From positions 1 through 10,474 of the forward strand of contig JBHICG010000096.1 of the NCBI GenBank assembly GCA_046759445.1: 10,474 nt of DNA, written 5' to 3'. Shown piece after piece: positions 6,659 through 10,474 of this stretch. How positions within the stretch are numbered: position 1 is the stretch's first letter; every line of letters begins with the position of its first letter. Made by a program: the position numbers and the translations under genes. The notes beneath the pieces were generated by a model. The model did no database searches and was not told the DNA's origin. It worked only from the letters and a program-made list of their open reading frames with translations. This stretch comes from Candidatus Scalinduaceae bacterium. Lineage in GTDB: Bacteria > Planctomycetota > Brocadiia > Brocadiales > Scalinduaceae.

Positions 6659-7212
6659 ATGGAAAGAGAAAAAGCCCTAAAACTATTATCAGATCATCTC
6701 AAGACACTTAATCTTCTAAAACATTGTCTGGCATCTGAGGCAATAATGAGGAGCCTCGCAAAAGAATTAAATGAAGATGTTGAAAGTGGGGTATAGCCGG
6801 ACTCCTACACGATCTTGATTTCGAAAAGACAAAGGATGATCCCACCAGTCACACATTAGTCTCATCTAAGATTTTAGAAGATCATGGCATAGATGACGAA
6901 ATAATAAAATCAATAAAAGGTCACAATGCAGAGGCACTGGGCATAAACAGGGAAAGCAAACTTGACTTTGCATTGGCTGCTGCCGAGACTATTACCGGGT
7001 TAATTATTGCTACAGCATTGGTCTATCCTGATAAAAAGTTAAAGAGTGTAAAAGTTAAATCTGTCCTGAAAAGGATGAAGGAAAAAGCATTTGCCAAAAA
7101 CGTAAATAGAGAAATAATAAAAGAGTGTGAAAATCTGGGCATTTCATTAGAAAGATTTATCGAGATCTCTGTAAAAGCGATGCAAGACATAAGCGACGAC
7201 CTGGGCTTATGA
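6659..7212 (+). pseudogene. HD/HDIG-domain metal-dependent phosphohydrolase split by a 1-nt deletion (or sequencing error)
   Basis: ATG 6659 gives MEREKALKLL...NLLKHCLASEAIMRSLAKELNEDVE. Adding one A in the run at 6783-6785 continues KWGIAGLLHDLDFEKTK...IKGHN...AAAETITGLI...KRMKEKAFA to the stop at 7212 (184 aa). Confidence 0.9.
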
Positions 7213-7267
7213 TGGGTATTTTACCAGGTGTATTTAATAAATTCATGTTTCCGTTTTCAATATCAAA

Positions 7268-7304
7268 GTCGAGTGGACCAAGGGAATCTCACCCTTTGTG
7301 CTCT
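7268..7304 (-). mobile_element. Group II intron 3'-end (domain VI) fragment
   Basis: Minus strand reads AGAGCACAAAGGGTGAGATTCCCTTGGTCCACTCGAC: a GGG-TGAGATT-CCC hairpin ending ACTCGAC (AY end, candidate branch A 7 nt from the end). Domain V is not recognisable. Confidence 0.55.
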
Positions 7305-7345
7305 AATTCGTAATTACGGTGACGTATTTTAACTGTCATGATAAT

Positions 7346-7512
7346 GAGACTCTTCACTTCGTTCAGAGTGACCCACCTTGCCTGTCGGGCAAGCAGGCGC
7401 TGTCATTCTGAGGAGCCCTTCACTCGTCATTCTGAAGGTGCCCCCACTGCTTTCTTGCCGAAAGTAGGCTCTGTAAGAGCGAAAGCAAGAAGTGGGGGTG
7501 ACGAAGAATCTC
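7346..7512. repeat. Cluster of nested REP-like palindromes between the convergent HD and mobA genes
   Basis: GAGACTCTTCACTTCGTTCAGAGTGAC (7346-7372) is inverted relative to GTCATTCTGA units (7402, 7426) ending GACGAAGAATCTC (7512). Inner hairpins CTTGCC/GGCAAG and CCCCCACT (7441-7448)/AGTGGGGG (7491-7498). Confidence 0.8.
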
Positions 7513-7548
7513 TTGCTCGAAAGCCGAATCTGATTTTGAGTACGTACC

Positions 7549-8121
7549 TTATTTGATCTTTGCGTTTTCGTATTCTTCCATAGTATTCAGGTTTTTAATT
7601 GTGTCTTTGTACTTAGCTAATGAAATTGAGCCGTCCAATTCTACTATTTTAACATTAACGTGTGGAAAGAAGCTGATTATTCTCAGGTTATTACCATCAA
7701 GCTCTCTCTTGATTGGCTCAATACAATTCTTTGAATAAAATGCGTAAAGCGGTTCCAAACCTTTATTGCTTTGGGGAACTACGACATCGTATCCTTTCGT
7801 AAAGCCTTCTAGATGCTTGATAAATTTTATTTCGATAAATGGCATGTCACAGGCAAGCACAAAGGTGTAGGAGCTTTTTGAATTGATAAGGCCAGTGTAT
7901 ATGCCTCCCAGTGATCCTTTGTTTGGATAAATGTCCTCAACAACGGGTATATTCAGGTATTCATATTCTGATGGTGTGTTGGCCGAAATAATAATTTCAT
8001 CAAATATCTCCCGAAGCAGCTCTATTTGGCGCTCTATAAGAGTCTTGCCCTCCAACTTGAGAAAGGCCTTATTACGGCCCATCCTGATACTTTTACCACC
8101 AGCGAGTATTACGGCTGTCAT
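7549..8121 (-). CDS. mobA: Molybdenum cofactor guanylyltransferase
   Basis: AVILAGGKSIRMGRNKAFL, GSLGGIYTGL, VLACDMPF, EPLYAFYS and NLNTMEEY motifs. Confidence 0.93.
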   Translation of the reverse strand: MTAVILAGGKSIRMGRNKAFLKLEGKTLIERQIELLREIFDEIIISANTPSEYEYLNIPVVEDIYPNKGSLGGIYTGLINSKSSYTFVLACDMPFIEIKFIKHLEGFTKGYDVVVPQSNKGLEPLYAFYSKNCIEPIKRELDGNNLRIISFFPHVNVKIVELDGSISLAKYKDTIKNLNTMEEYENAKIK

Positions 8122-8212
8122 AGATTATGACCTTTGAGAAAACGAAAAATTAACAAATACTAATGAAACAATTTCTTAAGCATTTGAATATAGTTTTTAA
8201 ATAAAAATAGTC

Positions 8213-8596
8213 TTAGGTTAAGACTGCGCAAAGTACCCATACCGCAATCGCTGCCCAAATCAATATTACTAACCAGTTGTTTCGAAACAGATCTGATCTT
8301 GTTTCCAACATTTCATTTACAGCCTTAATCATAATCTTTGAATACGGAAGGAAACCCAATCCTGTTAAAACTGACGTGAACAACATGACTACAGCTACTT
8401 GTACTATGTTCAAACTGGTAAAAATATAGTATCCAATAATTACGGCCAATATCAAATAGACAATTGTTGTTATTGTTTGATTCCTCAATATCGTCTCTGC
8501 TACCTTCATCCAGAGTTTAGGTTTAATAGAAACAATTGATAGCTTTACTAAAACTATGATTGCAAAGATTGTTGCCAGAATCTCGATTGAAGTCAT
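8213..8596 (-). CDS. Small integral membrane protein (about 4 TM), unknown function
   Basis: 127 aa with four hydrophobic segments; AGGAG RBS upstream of the ATG. Confidence 0.8.
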   Translation of the reverse strand: MTSIEILATIFAIIVLVKLSIVSIKPKLWMKVAETILRNQTITTIVYLILAVIIGYYIFTSLNIVQVAVVMLFTSVLTGLGFLPYSKIMIKAVNEMLETRSDLFRNNWLVILIWAAIAVWVLCAVLT

Positions 8597-8739
8597 TTTT
8601 TGTCTCCTATGTTAATAGTTAGAAATATTCCCTTTTAATGTAATCTATCTTTGTTTTTAATCTTATCTTATTGTGTGTATAATTGCTTTTCAAGTTCAAA
8701 AAAAGAAAGTATTGGATTTACTAGTGTTCGATTTATGTT

Positions 8740-9216
8740 ATGAGTTCAGAACCTTTAAAGTTTATGGCAGATTCTATGCTTGGCAGGCTTGCGAGATGGT
8801 TGCGGATATTGGGATATGATGTAGTGTATGAATCTTCAATTACGGATGATGACCTCATTGCCAGAGCCCTTCAAGAGCGGCGCATTATCTTAACCATGGA
8901 TAGAGAATTAAGTCAGCGTGAATCAGCGAGGAATTGCCTGTTTATAAAGAGCGATGATTATAGAGAACAACTCAAGCACGTTATCGCTTATTATGATATT
9001 GACTGCAAATCCCGTATTTTTACAAGATGTTTGCTTTGTAATGTGAAACTGGATTCTGTAGAGAAGAAAAGGATTAAAGACAAAGTTCCGCCGTATGTTT
9101 ATTCAATTCAAGATGAGTTTGATATCTGTCCACAGTGTCATCGCGTCTACTGGTCTGGTACGCATAGAGACAAGATACTGAAGAAGTTGAATGAGATATT
9201 GGGAACCTTCTCTTAA
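8740..9216 (+). CDS. Mut7-C RNase domain protein (DUF82, PIN-like plus zinc ribbon)
   Basis: FMADSMLGRLARWLRILGYD, RIILTMD, TRCLLCN, CPQCHRVYWSGTH. Confidence 0.92.
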   Translation: MSSEPLKFMADSMLGRLARWLRILGYDVVYESSITDDDLIARALQERRIILTMDRELSQRESARNCLFIKSDDYREQLKHVIAYYDIDCKSRIFTRCLLCNVKLDSVEKKRIKDKVPPYVYSIQDEFDICPQCHRVYWSGTHRDKILKKLNEILGTFS

Positions 9217-9258
9217 TAGTTACAGAAAACAATAACCATAAAACGGATTACGTCATTT

Positions 9259-10185
9259 CTATATCTCATTTGATAGTTCTATTAGTTTTTCTAAATCTAA
9301 TTCTTCTCCTCTGCTGCCAGGTTCTATACCGACCTTCTTTAGAATGTTTAATAAGTCATTGCGTATCTCTTGTGCTTCTTTTTTTATATCAGCGCTTGAG
9401 TTAAGTGATAATAAATTGTTCAATATGGTCTTACGCCTTGAAGTGTATATTGACTTGATGACATCCTTAAGCCTGCCGTAATTATGTATCCTATCAGAAT
9501 ACTTATTTCGATTAAGTTCAATCTTAACGATTGCCGAATTAACAAGTGGGGGGGGCCAAAATACGTCTGGTGGCAATTTCTTCAGTATCTTAACATTGGC
9601 AAATAACTTAGTCATAATCGATAATAGACCGTAATCTTTAGTGCCAGGGTTGGCTACTATCCTGTTTGTAATGTCCCGCTGAAGCGTTAATACCATTAGC
9701 TTAATAGGCAATTCTTCCTGTAATAAATCAATAATTACAGGAGTGCTAATATAATATGGTAGATTCGATATTACTTTAATGCATACGGCTCCTCCTACAG
9801 GAGGAGCTGTATGCACGTAATTAGATATGCATTCCACTATTTCCGGATGTATGTGGTGTTTTGACTTCAGGATATCTTTATTAATTAAAGATACGTTTTT
9901 AAAGTTTCTTAAGGTCTCTGCCAGAATCTCAGATATCTTATAATCCATCTCTACAGCGAAGACATGCCCGGCTTTCTCAGCAAGCATCCTTGTTAAAGAA
10001 CCAGTTCCAGCTCCTATTTCAAGAATAACGTCATTGTGGCTTAGTCCTGCAGATTTAACAATAAATTGCAATATGTTTTGGTCTATTAAGAAATTTTGCC
10101 CCCATTGTTTCCTGAGGCGAATACCTCTCTGATCGAAAATCGCCTTTAGCATCGTTTTTGTATGAGGACCATTTAGGATTAGCAT
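9259..10185 (-). CDS. rsmA: 16S rRNA adenine dimethyltransferase
   Basis: GQNFLID, ILEIGAGTGSLT, VISNLPYYIS, YGLLSI, VFWPPPLVNSAIV, RRKTILNNL. Confidence 0.95.
   Translation of the reverse strand: MLILNGPHTKTMLKAIFDQRGIRLRKQWGQNFLIDQNILQFIVKSAGLSHNDVILEIGAGTGSLTRMLAEKAGHVFAVEMDYKISEILAETLRNFKNVSLINKDILKSKHHIHPEIVECISNYVHTAPPVGGAVCIKVISNLPYYISTPVIIDLLQEELPIKLMVLTLQRDITNRIVANPGTKDYGLLSIMTKLFANVKILKKLPPDVFWPPPLVNSAIVKIELNRNKYSDRIHNYGRLKDVIKSIYTSRRKTILNNLLSLNSSADIKKEAQEIRNDLLNILKKVGIEPGSRGEELDLEKLIELSNEI
9780..9815. repeat. 36-bp near-perfect palindrome inside rsmA
   Basis: TGCATAC-G-GCTCCTCCT-AC-AGGAGGAGC-T-GTATGCA: 17-bp arms with one mismatch and a 2-nt centre. Confidence 0.9.
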
Positions 10186-10288
10186 GTATTCAAAACACCT
10201 ACCTTTACATTTTTAGACTCAAGATAGAAGAAAGAAAATCTCAACACTTGACGGAAAGATTAAGTTTTTGCTGTTTGGTAGCTTATGA

Positions 10289-10345
10289 GGCGTCAACCAA
10301 TACTGTTCGTCACGAAAATTGTGCCGAACAGTATTGGGCGTCAAC
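10289..10345. mobile_element. 39-bp miniature inverted-repeat element with 9-bp target-site duplication
   Basis: GGCGTCAAC (10289-10297) | CAATACTGTTCG (10298-10309)...CGAACAGTATTG (10325-10336) | GGCGTCAAC (10337-10345). Confidence 0.85.
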
Positions 10346-10474
10346 TAATCTTTATAAACATCGATTTGGACACACCACAGATGGGACATCTATCAGGTGC
10401 ATCATTTTCTACTGTATTCCCACAAACCTGACAGACATAATAATCCACAGGCTCATTATTGCCCAGGTTGTCCA
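10341..10474 (-). CDS. C-terminal rubredoxin-like domain of a rubrerythrin-family protein; 5'-truncated, absent from the ORF track
   Basis: Minus-strand translation DNLGNNEPVDYYVCQVCGNTVENDAPDRCPICGVSKSMFIKIS* shows CxxCG...CPxCG. Confidence 0.88.
   Translation of the reverse strand, partial: DNLGNNEPVDYYVCQVCGNTVENDAPDRCPICGVSKSMFIKIS

Noticed and set aside
6973..7212. Stand-alone 79-aa ORF
   Set aside because: It is the 3' part of the frameshifted HD gene starting at 6659.
7441..7498. Hammerhead ribozyme or riboswitch (CTG..AGA plus GAAA motifs)
   Set aside because: The core reads CTGTAAGA, not CUGANGA, and the three-stem junction could not be built.
7338..7556. 72-aa ORF
   Set aside because: Translation of the REP-like palindrome cluster.
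6199..8137. Plus-strand ORFs 6199-6381, 7553-7738 and 7931-8137
   Set aside because: Antisense shadows of the epimerase and mobA genes.

Overview
AT-rich bacterial chromosomal window; gene content and repeat families suggest an anaerobic planctomycete or similar organism (inference only). Backbone: 3' end of a type ISP restriction-modification gene, nadD, a TIM-barrel sugar-phosphate isomerase/epimerase, a frameshifted HD-domain gene, mobA, a small membrane protein, a Mut7-C RNase, rsmA/ksgA and the 3' end of a rubrerythrin-like gene. Between nadD and the epimerase is a ~4.5 kb accessory island. It holds a HEPN-MNT pair flanked by a duplicated 64-bp promoter-bearing block, then an integron cassette array with no integrase in the window (CALIN-like). 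The array has three near-complete attC sites and two remnants, and carries an HNH nuclease, a NucS-like nuclease and an unknown 312-aa protein. One attC is broken next to an internally deleted REP-associated tyrosine transposase (RAYT-like) relic missed by the ORF track. Small relics elsewhere: a 39-bp mini-element with 9-bp target duplication, a group II intron 3'-end fragment, nested REP-like palindromes, and a 36-bp palindrome inside the rsmA coding sequence.
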